Shown: piece after piece, positions 21,401 to 31,821 of the stretch | Numbering within the stretch: the stretch's first letter is position 1 | How the letters are laid out: each line of letters begins with the position of its first letter | Virus record (IMG/VR): IMGVR_UViG_3300028591_000185 | Reading direction: 5' to 3' (one strand) | DNA length: 64,000 nucleotides | From: an uncultured virus (IMG/VR IMGVR_UViG_3300028591_000185) | Taxonomy: Duplodnaviria > Heunggongvirae > Uroviricota > Caudoviricetes | Notes under the pieces: generated by a model | Told to the model about the DNA's origin: nothing | The model's input: the letters and a program-made list of their open reading frames with translations, nothing else | The model's database searches: none | Program-made: the position numbers and the translations under genes

Positions 21401-22255
21401 ATGGGCGGTGGCAGTTGGACAACTAAAGCTTTCGCAAGTTATACCTCAGATACTCGTGGTTTGAGTGTTGATGATTTTTCTACTGGGACTTTTACCGCAC
21501 AGGAAGTATATCATTCTCGTCGCCTAGCAAACGAACTTGACCCCAAGAACGTAATGCGTGAGTGTTGTGATAGTGAAGAGCATCCTAATACTCTTCCTGT
21601 TATTCTTGCTCTTGACGTAACTGGCAGTATGGGTGATGCTTCTGTGCGTGTAGCCCAGAAGTTAAATGAAATTATGACTACCCTCTATGCCGATGAAACC
21701 ATTAAAGATATTGAATTCTGTGTAATGGGCATTGGCGACCTTGCTTATGATGATGCTCCTATTCAGATTTCACAGTTTGAGTCTGATATCCGTATCGCTG
21801 AACAGCTTGATAAAATTTATTTTGAGGCTGGTGGCGGTGGTAATCATAGTGAAAGTTATACCGCAGCTTGGTATATGGGGTTAAATCATTGCAAGTTGGA
21901 TTGTTGGAATAGGGGCAAGAAAGGTATTATCATCACAATGGGTGATGAATTGCCTAACCCTTATCTTCCTTATTTTGAATTAGCAGAAAGAGTTGGAGAT
22001 AAACCCCAAGGTGATATTGAAACATCAACTCTCTACAAAGAAGTTGTAGAAAAATTTGATGTATATCACATTTCCATTAAAGACCGGTCTACTAGTTATG
22101 AATGGTATAAGCGATATAATATTGATGACCAATGGACAGAATTACTTGGTGACCATTATTCTATTAGCACTCTGGATGGTCTCCCTAGTCAAATTGTTCA
22201 AATTATTCAAAGCAATACTAATAATTCTACCAATGTTGATGAGGTAAGTTGGTAA
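21401..22255 (+). CDS. vWA domain protein
   Basis: MGGGSW N-terminus, MIDAS motif LDVTGSM, GGGGNHSESY, MGDE. Confidence 0.85.
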   Translation: MGGGSWTTKAFASYTSDTRGLSVDDFSTGTFTAQEVYHSRRLANELDPKNVMRECCDSEEHPNTLPVILALDVTGSMGDASVRVAQKLNEIMTTLYADETIKDIEFCVMGIGDLAYDDAPIQISQFESDIRIAEQLDKIYFEAGGGGNHSESYTAAWYMGLNHCKLDCWNRGKKGIIITMGDELPNPYLPYFELAERVGDKPQGDIETSTLYKEVVEKFDVYHISIKDRSTSYEWYKRYNIDDQWTELLGDHYSISTLDGLPSQIVQIIQSNTNNSTNVDEVSW

Positions 22256-22256
22256 T

Positions 22257-23414
22257 ATGAAAGACATTAAGATTATCATCGGTGCTAATTTTGGCGATGA
22301 GGGAAAAGGACTAATGACACGATACTTCGTGAAGGACGCCCTCCTTCATGATGGTAATCCTATTGTCATTTTTCATAATGGAACCGCACAGCGTGGGCAC
22401 ACCGTTGATTATAATCCCAAATTTCGGCATGTATATCATCACTTTAATAGTGGTACAGCCGATGGTGCGCCCACGTTTTATGCAAAAACTTTCTGGCTTC
22501 ACCCTATGACATTTGCCCAAGAGTATAGAGAATTGCGGTATTTAGGTATTGATGTGCCTAATGGATATTGTGACCCTGAAGCTCTTGTAGTAACACCTTT
22601 TGATATACTGATTGACCATGCGAGTGAAGCGTGGATTGCACTTCAAAATGGTGAACGTGAACATGGCTCATGTGGTTATGGCACATGGTGTGCTACTGAC
22701 CGTTATCCTAAAGCTTGTTTTACAATTAGTGAATATGCTAATCCTGACACATTCAATTTTTTAATGGAACAGGCATGGACCGCTTGTTTAGAACAATTAG
22801 TGATTCGTGGAGTTGATGTAGACCAGCTTCCCGAATATAAAGATTATTTTACTCCAAGTTCTGTAAAAAAGAAAAATCTTATGTTAAGATTTTTTAAAGA
22901 TATTCAGTTCTTCCTTACAAAAGTAAAATTTATTAGTTTCGATAATTTATATAACCAAACTGCCACTTCTAATCTTATTTTTGAAAATGGACAAGGACTC
23001 GGACTTGATAAAGATGTGAAAGCAAAATGGCACACTACTTCTTCTACTGGTTTGACCAACCCTGTAAATATGTTGGCTAATAAAACTGATTTTAATGCCG
23101 AAGTATGTTATGTCACTAGGTCTTATATGACAAGACATGGCATTGGTCCTATGGATAACGAAGTCCAGAAGAAATCAATCAATGCCGAAATGCATGACAA
23201 AACTAATGTACCAAATGAATTCCAAGGCAGTTTGCGCTATGGTTATTTAGAAGATAATGCGCAAAAAAAACGAATTGATACTGATTGGCAGTTTGTAGTA
23301 GATAATCCGCAATTCACTAAAGCTCTTGCTATTACACATTGTAATGAGTTTCCGGAATATGATAATACTGCACAATATTTAAGTTTTAATCCTTATTCGG
23401 TCATGAAGCAATAA
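22257..23414 (+). CDS. divergent adenylosuccinate synthetase (PurA)-like protein
   Basis: GANFGDEGKG, GHTV, HGSCGYG, FENGQGLGLD, TRSYMTRHGIGP, TNVPNEFQGSLRYG. Confidence 0.85.
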   Translation: MKDIKIIIGANFGDEGKGLMTRYFVKDALLHDGNPIVIFHNGTAQRGHTVDYNPKFRHVYHHFNSGTADGAPTFYAKTFWLHPMTFAQEYRELRYLGIDVPNGYCDPEALVVTPFDILIDHASEAWIALQNGEREHGSCGYGTWCATDRYPKACFTISEYANPDTFNFLMEQAWTACLEQLVIRGVDVDQLPEYKDYFTPSSVKKKNLMLRFFKDIQFFLTKVKFISFDNLYNQTATSNLIFENGQGLGLDKDVKAKWHTTSSTGLTNPVNMLANKTDFNAEVCYVTRSYMTRHGIGPMDNEVQKKSINAEMHDKTNVPNEFQGSLRYGYLEDNAQKKRIDTDWQFVVDNPQFTKALAITHCNEFPEYDNTAQYLSFNPYSVMKQ

Positions 23415-23418
23415 ACTA

Positions 23419-23449
23419 AAAACCCCAGGCATAAAATCCTGGGGTTTTT
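23419..23449 (+). terminator. intrinsic terminator
   Basis: AAAACCCCAGG-cataaaat-CCTGGGGTTTT. Confidence 0.8.
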
Positions 23450-23458
23450 CATATTTAT

Positions 23459-23487
23459 TTGAAAATATTAAAAAAATATGATATAAT
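23459..23487 (+). promoter_or_regulatory. sigmaA-type early promoter
   Basis: TTGAAA-17 bp-TATAAT with extended TG. Confidence 0.8.
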
Positions 23488-23520
23488 ATTATATAAGAAA
23501 TGAAAAAGGGGTGAATAACT

Positions 23521-24285
23521 ATGTCTACTTATGCTGTTGCGGATTTACACGGTCGGCTTGATTTGTACAAACAAATTAAAGATTTTCTTAAACCAGAAGA
23601 TATGGTATATTTTCTGGGTGATGCTGGTGACCGTGGTCCTAATTCCTGGGAAACTATTAAGGCTATCTACAATGACCCGCAGTTTATTTATCTCAAAGGT
23701 AACCATGAAGATATGCTGGTTAACCTGATGAAAGCTAACTTAAATAATATGCCTGCTCATGACGAGCTTTGGCTTGTTCAAGTAAACGGTGGCGCAAGCA
23801 CTTATCAAGGATGGCTTGCTGAAAACGAAGATGACCGCAAAGAATGGTATCATAGATTAAAACATCTTCCCACTTGGCGGACTTATTCTAATGCTGATGG
23901 TATTCTTATCTGGCTTACGCACGCTGGTTTTACTCCAGGCAAGCATAATTGGCCCGATGATTATAAGCTACTTTGGGACCGTTCTCATTTCAATGCAGAA
24001 TGGGAAGGTATGGACAATGAATTAGTTGTTCATGGTCATACACCTATTCCTCTTCTCATTAAAGATATTAATGAGTTTTGTGAGTTTTTTGAAGGCTCCG
24101 CTGAAAATTATATCTGGGAAGATTGGGATGGCGGTGCGCTTTGGTACTGTAATAATCATAAAATCTGTATTGATTGTGGGGCTGCCTGGTATGACTGCTG
24201 TGTACTATTGGATTTAGATACCCTTGATGAACATATCTTCCAGGGTGCCGCATTTAAAGAAGAGTTTTTAACAGAAGAGGTGTAA
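23521..24285 (+). CDS. Ser/Thr protein phosphatase (calcineurin-like metallophosphoesterase)
   Basis: DLHG, GDAGDRG, GNHE, HAG, HGHTP, IDCGA motifs. Confidence 0.9.
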   Translation: MSTYAVADLHGRLDLYKQIKDFLKPEDMVYFLGDAGDRGPNSWETIKAIYNDPQFIYLKGNHEDMLVNLMKANLNNMPAHDELWLVQVNGGASTYQGWLAENEDDRKEWYHRLKHLPTWRTYSNADGILIWLTHAGFTPGKHNWPDDYKLLWDRSHFNAEWEGMDNELVVHGHTPIPLLIKDINEFCEFFEGSAENYIWEDWDGGALWYCNNHKICIDCGAAWYDCCVLLDLDTLDEHIFQGAAFKEEFLTEEV

Positions 24286-24286
24286 T

Positions 24287-24571
24287 ATGGGTATTATTTC
24301 ACACAGGTTTTTCTGTTTAAATTGTGGAAAAGAAAATATACCCATTTATCGTAATCCTGGGCATCTTCATAAAAAGAATCATCGTAAAGTTCTTTATTGC
24401 CCGTGGTGTAAAACCAAAGTAAATCATATTGAATGTAGTAATGAATTTGAAGTAACTCAATTTAGAGAAGATTTTAAGGAAGGAGTGTATAAAGATGAAG
24501 CGCAAGAATCTGTATCTTATGGTAGGAGCGCCAGGTAGTGGCAAGAGCACTTGGTTATGCAAGCATGCTGA
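24287..24571 (+). CDS. zinc-ribbon protein resembling ribosomal protein bL33 (ends at 24538 if its TAG is a stop)
   Basis: CLNCGKEN...RKVLYCPWCKTKVNHIE. Confidence 0.6.
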
Positions 24572-25544
24572 TGGCCCAGTAGTATCTCGTGATGCTATTC
24601 GGTTTTCTATGGTAGGAGAAGATGAAGCATATTTCAGCCAAGAAACTGAAGTATTTAATCAGTATATTAAGTTTATTCAGATGTTTCTTGATGATAATGC
24701 TACTGAAAATATTTATTGCGATGCCACTCATCTTACTGAAAATGCTCGCAACAAGGTGCTTGATAGACTTAATTTGAATAATGTAGACCATATCTATGGC
24801 GTAATTGTTCGTCCTTCTTTGGAAACTACTCTTGCTCGCAATGCGCAACGCACTGGTCGTCTTTGCGTTCCGGAAACTGCTATTAAGCGTATGTATAACT
24901 CTTATAGCGATCCCGCAGAAGATAAGAAGTATCATATTACTTCTATTTATGCTGAAATAGAAACAAAAAAGGTGGAACCTATGGAACATAAAATTTGGAT
25001 AACTTCTGATACCCATTTTAATCATAATCGAGAATTTATTTATAAACCTCGTGGATTTGATTCTGTCCAAAATATGAATGAAGCTATCATAAGACGATGG
25101 AATGAAGTTGTAGCTCCGAATGATGAAGTCTATTTACTGGGCGATGTAATGCTTGGTGACTCTAATGCTGGAATTGAATTAGTTAAGCAACTTAATGGAA
25201 CTATTCATATCATTCTTGGTAACCATGATACTGATAATCGGGTAAAACTATATTATAGTTTACCTAATGTTACCGAAGTAGCTTTGGCTACAAAAATTAA
25301 ATATAAAAAGCATCATTTCTTTATGACGCATTATCCTTGTATGACTGGAAACCTGGAAAAAGAAGAGCTATCACAAATGACGCTTAATCTTTATGGTCAT
25401 ACGCACCAAAAGAGTAATTTCTATAATGATATGCCATATTGTTACCATGTTGGTGTAGACTCACATAATTGTTATCCAGTATCTCTTGACCAGATTATTA
25501 AAGAGATGTATAATAAAGTAGAAGAATGTAAGGAGTATCTATGA
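24495..25544 (+). CDS. polynucleotide kinase-like P-loop domain fused to calcineurin-like phosphoesterase
   Basis: GAPGSGKST, SRDAIR, DAT, RNAQR; then SDTHF, LGD, GNHD, THYP, YGHTH. Confidence 0.85.
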   Translation: MKRKNLYLMVGAPGSGKSTWLCKHADGPVVSRDAIRFSMVGEDEAYFSQETEVFNQYIKFIQMFLDDNATENIYCDATHLTENARNKVLDRLNLNNVDHIYGVIVRPSLETTLARNAQRTGRLCVPETAIKRMYNSYSDPAEDKKYHITSIYAEIETKKVEPMEHKIWITSDTHFNHNREFIYKPRGFDSVQNMNEAIIRRWNEVVAPNDEVYLLGDVMLGDSNAGIELVKQLNGTIHIILGNHDTDNRVKLYYSLPNVTEVALATKIKYKKHHFFMTHYPCMTGNLEKEELSQMTLNLYGHTHQKSNFYNDMPYCYHVGVDSHNCYPVSLDQIIKEMYNKVEECKEYL

Positions 25545-25972
25545 AAAATACAGAAACAAAATATACCTGGGATGAAACGACCAAAACAGCTAGAACTGAA
25601 CGTATGATTGATGGTCTGTATATATGCGGGGAAGCTACTGCCTCAAAAGAAGATTGGGCTTATGCAAATGAATATACAGGTTATCATATCGCAGAATGTC
25701 GTATGGATATTGATTTTGCAAAACAGCATATTGAGTATAAATTAAAGCCACAGGTTGAAATCCTTACTCATGTACTTGGTACAATGCAGCGAAGTCCAAA
25801 ATACAATCCTACTAGTTATGAAGCCAAGCGCATCTATGCTGAACGACAAAATCTTCTTGATGATATAGAGCAATTTAAGAGCTTTATTGCCGCAACTAAA
25901 GACTATCTAAATGACTATTTAGCCGAGAAAGACAACCTATATCGGCGTCTTGAACAGGGCAAAATTGATTAA
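25541..25972 (+). CDS. hypothetical protein
   Basis: 143 aa ORF with AAGGAG RBS, ATGA overlap with the upstream gene. Confidence 0.75.
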   Translation: MKNTETKYTWDETTKTARTERMIDGLYICGEATASKEDWAYANEYTGYHIAECRMDIDFAKQHIEYKLKPQVEILTHVLGTMQRSPKYNPTSYEAKRIYAERQNLLDDIEQFKSFIAATKDYLNDYLAEKDNLYRRLEQGKID

Positions 25973-26001
25973 AAAAATTACTCCTTTTTTCATTTATAAG
26001 C
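25957..26001 (+). promoter_or_regulatory. putative phage late/middle promoter motif, copy 3
   Basis: GGGC-N8-TTAA-N18-CATTTATAAGC upstream of the PhoH/lysis block. Confidence 0.55.
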
Positions 26002-26014
26002 GTAGAAGAAGGGA

Positions 26015-26281
26015 GTGATTATCATAACAATTCTTTTATACATGTTTTTAGGTATATTAGCATATACGTTAATTATACCTTTATGCGAGGCTCTTGGCTC
26101 CTATCTCTGTCAATGGTTTGAGCTACAACGAAGTAAATTGGTTGTAAAACAAACTAGATGTAAAAAAGAGATTTCTGATATTGAAGAGGGTGAACAAAAA
26201 CACCATATTAATGTAATTGGTTTCCAAACCACTTCATCCTCTGACGACGAAGAAGAAGAGGAGGAAGAAGAGTATGAGTAA
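26015..26281 (+). CDS. small membrane protein with poly-Glu tail
   Basis: N-terminal hydrophobic segment; C-terminal DDEEEEEEEEYE. Confidence 0.65.
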   Translation: MIIITILLYMFLGILAYTLIIPLCEALGSYLCQWFELQRSKLVVKQTRCKKEISDIEEGEQKHHINVIGFQTTSSSDDEEEEEEEEYE

Positions 26282-27506
26282 GTTTTTTGACACATGCGCT
26301 TTGTTAAAATCGGTAAATCATCTAATGCCTTCTATAACAATTTGTTCAATTACGTTAGAAGAATTAGAAAATATTAAAACTTCTACAACTAAAGATGCTG
26401 ATATTAAGTATGCGGCTCGTGCGGTGTTACGTGATTTAGATGAACATCCCGACCGCTATACTATTATAGTTTTTACAAATTCTATGTTAGCACCTATTAA
26501 TGAAAAAGATTTACCTATCACTAATGATACTAAAATTTTAGCTTGTGCATTATCTATCGCGGAGACTGAATAGATAACATTTTATACAAATGATTATTCT
26601 TTAAAAGCAATTGCGCGATTATTCCCTGACCAATTATATGTTATGTCTATTGATGACAATTGGGATGACTATTATAAAGGTTTCTTTGAAATGCAATTAT
26701 CAGATACCGAATTAGCCGCCCTATATTCATATCCAGAAGCAATTAATTATAATTTAAAAGTGAATGAATATGTACTAGTCTATAATTGGCAACATGAATT
26801 AGTAGATAAATTAGTTTATACCGGAGAAGGCTATCGCCCACTCTCATATAAAGATTTCGATTCGGAGCAGCTCGGTTGTATTAGACCACTGTCCAACGAC
26901 CCACAATAGCAATTTGTAGCAGATAGCTTTACTCATAATAAAATAACTCTTGTAAAAGGCCCAGCAGGGTCTGGAAAAACTCTTTTATCTCTTGGATTTT
27001 TATTTAATTAGTTAGAAAAGCATAAAATTGATAAGATTATTGTCTTCTGTAATACAGTTGCAGCTATGCATGCCGCTAAATTAGGTTATTACCCCGGCAC
27101 AAAAGATGAAAAATTACTTGATTCATAGATAGGTAATTTATTAATTAGTAAATTAGGTAGTCGTGCAGAGGTAGAGCGCTTAATTAGCGAAGAGAAACTA
27201 GTCCTTTTACCAATGTCTGATATAAGAGGTTATGATACTACTGGCATGCGCGCTGGTATATATATTTCAGAAGCACAAAATCTTGACATTCCTTTAATGA
27301 AACTTGCCCTACAACGTATTGGGGATGATAGTATTTGTATTATTGATGGTGATGCAAAAGCCCAGGTTGATGATATTAATTTTGCCGGGGCTAATAATGG
27401 ATTACGACGAGTATCTCAAGTATTTCGTGGACAAGATTTTTATGGAGAAGTAGAATTACAATAGGTGCATCGTTCAAAGATTGGAATGATTGCAGAAAAT
27501 ATGTGA
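26274..27506 (+). CDS. phoH: PIN domain + PhoH-family ATPase (5 TAG=Gln)
   Basis: FFDTCALL...LEELENIK...NDTKILAC (PIN); GPAGSGKT, LGYYPG, IRG, EAQN, HRSKI; three track ORFs in one frame. Confidence 0.9.
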
Positions 27507-27546
27507 GGAGGGAATTTTCCCTCCTCTTTTTATAAGGAGGGAAAAT

Positions 27547-28617
27547 ATGGAAATATTAAAAAAAGGCAGTAAAGGCACAGAAGTAAAAGCCCTGCAAGAA
27601 GCACTTAAAACCCTCGGTTATTCATTAGGTATTTATGGCGTTGATAGTAAATTTGGTTCAGCGACTGAAAAAGCATTAAAAAAATACCAATAGGAACATG
27701 ACCTTCCTGCTACTGGTGAATTAGATGAAGAAACTTGGGGTACAATTGAAATTGATTTAGATATTATGCAAAAGGAAGCGGCAAACCAACCAGCGCCAGA
27801 AAAAGTGGCTCCAGCTACAACCTATACTAGTGTAATGATTGGTGGCGCATCTAGTGATGAAAATAAAAGTGCACGCGGCGGTCAACCAGGTAATCAAACT
27901 GGTAAAGAATTAAAAATTCAAAAATGGTATAATGGTAATTGGCATACTGTATTACGCCCTAAAACTCCTAAACTAGCTGAAGCATTAGCAGTTCAATGTG
28001 AAGGAGCATGCAATAACCCAAATATAGGATATGACCAAAGTGACCGTAATACAATATTAGTGGCAGCAAAAGCAGCAGGTTGGAATTTAGCAAAAATCAC
28101 TACCCCCTGTGAATGTGATTGTAGCTCTTTAATGAGCATGTGTTGTATTTGTTGTGGTTTACCAGAAAATGATTTCTATATTAGTCGTAATTTGCGTACT
28201 ACAAAAACAATTACAGCAGCTTGTAAAAAAACCGATATGTTTGATATTTTATAGTCTGCTGAATATTTAACATCTAAAGATTATTTAAAACGCGGCGATA
28301 TTTTAGTATCTAATACACACACATGTATGGTACTTCAAAATGGAAGTAAAGCAAACAAAGCCCCAACAGAACAGAATCAATCATTAATTAATAAAATTAA
28401 AGATTTAATTAGCCCATCTGCTCCAGTAGAAGGCTATACTGGTATTGTAACCGGCGGATCTGTATATGTCCGTTCTGGCCCCGGTAAAACTAATAAACCA
28501 CTTTATACCGTTCATCGTAATGATAAATTACATATTGTAGAAGAAAAAGATGGCTGGGGTCGCATTGAAGCAGATACTCCTAAATGGATTAGCCTAAAAT
28601 ATATAAAGAAGGTATAA
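27547..28617 (+). CDS. endolysin: peptidoglycan-binding domain + NlpC/P60/CHAP-like catalytic domain + SH3b (2 TAG=Gln)
   Basis: LKKGSKGTEVKALQEAL...DSKFGSATEKALKKYQ; IGYDQ, CDCSSL, RGDILV, HT; VRSGPG...GWGRI. Confidence 0.88.
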
Positions 28618-28621
28618 AATT

Positions 28622-28915
28622 ATGGGTAAGCCAGATAAAGTAGAATTTTCTAAAAAACTCTTAATTCAAGAGTCAATTTTAATTTGGATTAATACCATTG
28701 CGATGTTAATTTTAGCTTTTATCTGCGTATTATTTGGTTATCTTGGAGAATTACCATGGCTCTCAATTATGGTAGGATTACCATGGGGCGCATATGGTGT
28801 AAGCCAAATGGCATATTATCGTAAAGCGCAAGCTGAAAATACAAAAGATGGTATTAAATTTGAAGCTATGCTTCAAGATTATTTAAATGAACACCCTGAC
28901 GATATTGTTGGGTAA
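28622..28915 (+). CDS. putative holin (2 TM segments)
   Basis: Directly after the endolysin; two hydrophobic helices; YYRKAQAENTK. Confidence 0.7.
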   Translation: MGKPDKVEFSKKLLIQESILIWINTIAMLILAFICVLFGYLGELPWLSIMVGLPWGAYGVSQMAYYRKAQAENTKDGIKFEAMLQDYLNEHPDDIVG

Positions 28916-28923
28916 TTTTAACT

Positions 28924-28960
28924 AACCTACTAGAATTTATATTCTAGTAGGTTTTTCTTT
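28924..28960 (+). terminator. intrinsic terminator
   Basis: AACCTACTAGAAT-ttat-ATTCTAGTAGGTT followed by a T run. Confidence 0.85.
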
Positions 28961-28968
28961 TTATATAG

Positions 28969-28997
28969 TTGACAAATATAATAAAATATATTATAAT
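28969..28997 (+). promoter_or_regulatory. sigmaA-type promoter
   Basis: TTGACA-17 bp-TATAAT. Confidence 0.85.
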
Positions 28998-29034
28998 AAT
29001 AATATAAAAGAGAAAATTTACTCTCTATATAATA

Positions 29035-29063
29035 ATTATAAAAAAATTTACTTGAAAAGTCAA
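29035..29063 (-). promoter_or_regulatory. leftward sigmaA-type promoter facing the rightward one
   Basis: TTGACT-17 bp-TATAAT on the minus strand. Confidence 0.65.
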
Positions 29064-29079
29064 GTAGGGCGGTGTGAAG

Positions 29080-29538
29080 ATGAAACCAGTGTGGTACACA
29101 GATGGCGCATGTAGTGGCAATGGAACAAAACATTCAACAGGTGGTTTTGGGGTTGTTTGTGTTGATGAAGACACAAATGCTTTGCTATATCAATACCAAG
29201 AGTTCCAAACAGATACCACTAATAATCGAATGGAAATGAATGCCATTATACATGCGCTTATTCAAGCTTATAACCAGCCATTCACCTAGACAGTTCCAAT
29301 TATTAAATCAGATTCGGCATATGCGGTAAATACATTTACCTCCTGGATGTATAATTGGGCGCGTAATGGATGGCAACGTTCTGGTAATAAAACACCAGAA
29401 AATCTAGATTTAGTAAAACAATTTTATCAGTTACAGCAAGAAGGTAAAGTCTGCGCACTACAACATATACGCGGACACAATAATATCCAATGGAATGAAT
29501 ACTGTGATAAGCTTGCTACTGGTAAATTAAAAATTTGA
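29080..29538 (+). CDS. rnhA: ribonuclease HI (1 TAG=Gln)
   Basis: YTDGACSGN, TTNNRME, SDSAY, NLDL, HIRGH, NEYCDKLA; ORFs 29074..29289 and 29347..29538 in frame. Confidence 0.93.
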
Positions 29539-29563
29539 TTTTTTTTAAAAAATATGATATAAT
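29535..29563 (+). promoter_or_regulatory. sigmaA-type promoter
   Basis: TTGATT-17 bp-TATAAT with extended TG. Confidence 0.75.
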
Positions 29564-29603
29564 ATATTTATAAGAAAAAAATAATGAACGAGGTATTAAC
29601 AAA

Positions 29604-29921
29604 ATGTTGTAGGAACTTTTTGGTTTATATCGTTGTCCTGTTTGCGGTAGGGTATTTCATCATCCCATGAATGGTTGGTGGTGCCCACTTTGTGGTGCTG
29701 ATTTTAGTATTGATGATGCTGTTGAAATAGAAACACCAAAGCGTATTATGGCGCGCGATGCCGAAGGTGTTGCCATATATGTTGGAGATAAAAGCTTTTA
29801 CCCACAGAGCTATATGCCCCAACTTTCACAAGCAGCAGTTCTTGAAATTATGGAACGTCTATGCTGTTGGGAAGAAGGACGATATACACAATTAACAGAG
29901 GAAACAGAAGAAAATGATTGA
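29604..29921 (+). CDS. zinc-ribbon hypothetical protein (TAG at codon 3)
   Basis: GAGG RBS; MLQELFGLYRCPVCG...WWCPLCG completes a CxxC pair only with readthrough. Confidence 0.7.
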
Positions 29922-31821
29922 TAAAACATTATACACAGAAGAAAGTATTGAATCATTAAGTCCACTTGAATTTACCAGACTTCGTCCTGGAGTATATGCT
30001 GGTGATACTACATATGCCACACAACTTGCGGTTGAAATTTTTTCTAATGCCGTTGATGAATTTAGATTGGGGCATGGTAATTTAATCAATGTAACACTCG
30101 ATGGTCCAATAGTAAGAATTAGAGATTACGGTCAAGGCTTTATTCCTAATAGTTTTCGCGAGGATGGAAAAACCATCCTTGAAGCTGCTTTTAGTGTTTT
30201 AAATACTTCCGGTAAATATCGTGAAGATGGTACTTATGAAGGTACCTCACTTGGTTCTTTTGGTATTGGTAGTAAAATTACTACTTATCTTTCTCATTGG
30301 TTAGTAGTAACTACTATTCGTAATAATGAAAGTGAAACTATTCGTTTTGATGAAGGTGTTTTTACCAATAGAGAAACCGAAAAACAGCGTACAGGCGTTA
30401 AACCAGGTACAATGGTTATTTGGGAACCTAGTGAAGAATTTTTTACACATCCAGAGGTGGAAGTAAATGTCCTTAAAAACTTATTTAAAACAGTAGCAGC
30501 TCTTTGCCCCGGTCTTACCATTAATTTAGATGATAATGGCACAAAAACTACCTATTCATCAAAAAATGGCATTATGGATTTGGTGGATGAAGCTGTTGCG
30601 GGAAAAGAATTAATTAAAAATAGATTTGTATTAAATTATACAAATGATAAAAATAAATTAGATATGGTTATGACATATACCGGTAATTATTCATTAACAA
30701 TAGTTCCATATGTCAACACCGGTCTTACGGCTGCTGGTCCGCATATTACGCAAGTTAAAGCTATTTTGACACGAGAATTTAATAAATTCTTCCGCGAAAA
30801 GAAATGGTTAAAAGAGAAAGATGAAAATCTTTCTGGTGATGATATCCAAGAGGGATTATATATTATCTTTAATCTTACTGCTCCTAATGTAGCATATGAT
30901 GCACAGGTAAAAACTCGTATTACAAAGCTTGATATGACACCATTCACGAACGCAATTAGTGATAGTTTACGTTCTTGGATGATGATAAATGAAAAAGATA
31001 TTAAAATGATTGCCGATAAGGCTATCAATGCTAAGAAAGCTCGTCTCGCGGCTCAAAAGGCAAGAGATAGTGTGCGGGAAGTTACCAAGAAAAAAGAAAA
31101 GGCTCTTAAATTTGATAGTAAGCTTGCTGATTGCTACAGTAAAGACCGTAAGAAGTGCGAAATTTATATTACCGAGGGAGATAGCGCAAGTAGTAACCTT
31201 AAAGAAGCTCGTGATAATGAGTTTCAGGCAGTTATGCCAGTTCGTGGTAAAATCCTAAATACACAGAAGGCTACATTAGATAAAATCCAAAAGAATGCAG
31301 AGATTATGTCCATGATTCAGGCTTTTGGATTGGAAATTGATGTAAAAACTATGAAAGTTACATATCATCCCGATCGCATTCGCTATGGTAAGATTATTAT
31401 TATGAGCGATGCTGATGTTGATGGTGCGCATATTAAAAATTTATTCTATACATTTATTTGGAATTTCTGCCCTCAACTTATTAAAGATGGCTATGTATAT
31501 GCTGGGGTGCCTCCTCTTTATAAGATAACAATGGGTAAAAAGTATTATTATTTAAAAAACGATGAAGCACTTGAAGATTTTAAAAAGAAAAATCCAGGTC
31601 GTAATTATACAGTAAATCGTCTTAAAGGTCTTGGTGAAATGAATGTTGAAGAAACAGAAGAAACATTAACCAGTCCAGAAGGTAGAATTATCCGTCAAGT
31701 TACTGTTGAAGATATTGAAACGACTAATAAACTGTTTGATGATTTAATGGGAACTGCGGTTAACCCACGTAAAGCCTATATTAAAGCACATAGTCAGGAG
31801 GCTACTTATAATGCTGAATAA
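29914..31821 (+). CDS. gyrB: type IIA topoisomerase, GyrB/ParE subunit
   Basis: RPGVYAG, EIFSNAVDE, DYGQG, TEGDSA, PVRGKILN, MSDADVDGAHI, RLKGLGEM. Confidence 0.95.
   Translation: MIDKTLYTEESIESLSPLEFTRLRPGVYAGDTTYATQLAVEIFSNAVDEFRLGHGNLINVTLDGPIVRIRDYGQGFIPNSFREDGKTILEAAFSVLNTSGKYREDGTYEGTSLGSFGIGSKITTYLSHWLVVTTIRNNESETIRFDEGVFTNRETEKQRTGVKPGTMVIWEPSEEFFTHPEVEVNVLKNLFKTVAALCPGLTINLDDNGTKTTYSSKNGIMDLVDEAVAGKELIKNRFVLNYTNDKNKLDMVMTYTGNYSLTIVPYVNTGLTAAGPHITQVKAILTREFNKFFREKKWLKEKDENLSGDDIQEGLYIIFNLTAPNVAYDAQVKTRITKLDMTPFTNAISDSLRSWMMINEKDIKMIADKAINAKKARLAAQKARDSVREVTKKKEKALKFDSKLADCYSKDRKKCEIYITEGDSASSNLKEARDNEFQAVMPVRGKILNTQKATLDKIQKNAEIMSMIQAFGLEIDVKTMKVTYHPDRIRYGKIIIMSDADVDGAHIKNLFYTFIWNFCPQLIKDGYVYAGVPPLYKITMGKKYYYLKNDEALEDFKKKNPGRNYTVNRLKGLGEMNVEETEETLTSPEGRIIRQVTVEDIETTNKLFDDLMGTAVNPRKAYIKAHSQEATYNAE

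Noticed and set aside
22257..23414. PurZ and a 2-aminoadenine (Z) genome
   Set aside because: The catalytic Asp of GDEGKG is retained whereas PurZ has Ser, and no dATPase or MazZ neighbours were recognised
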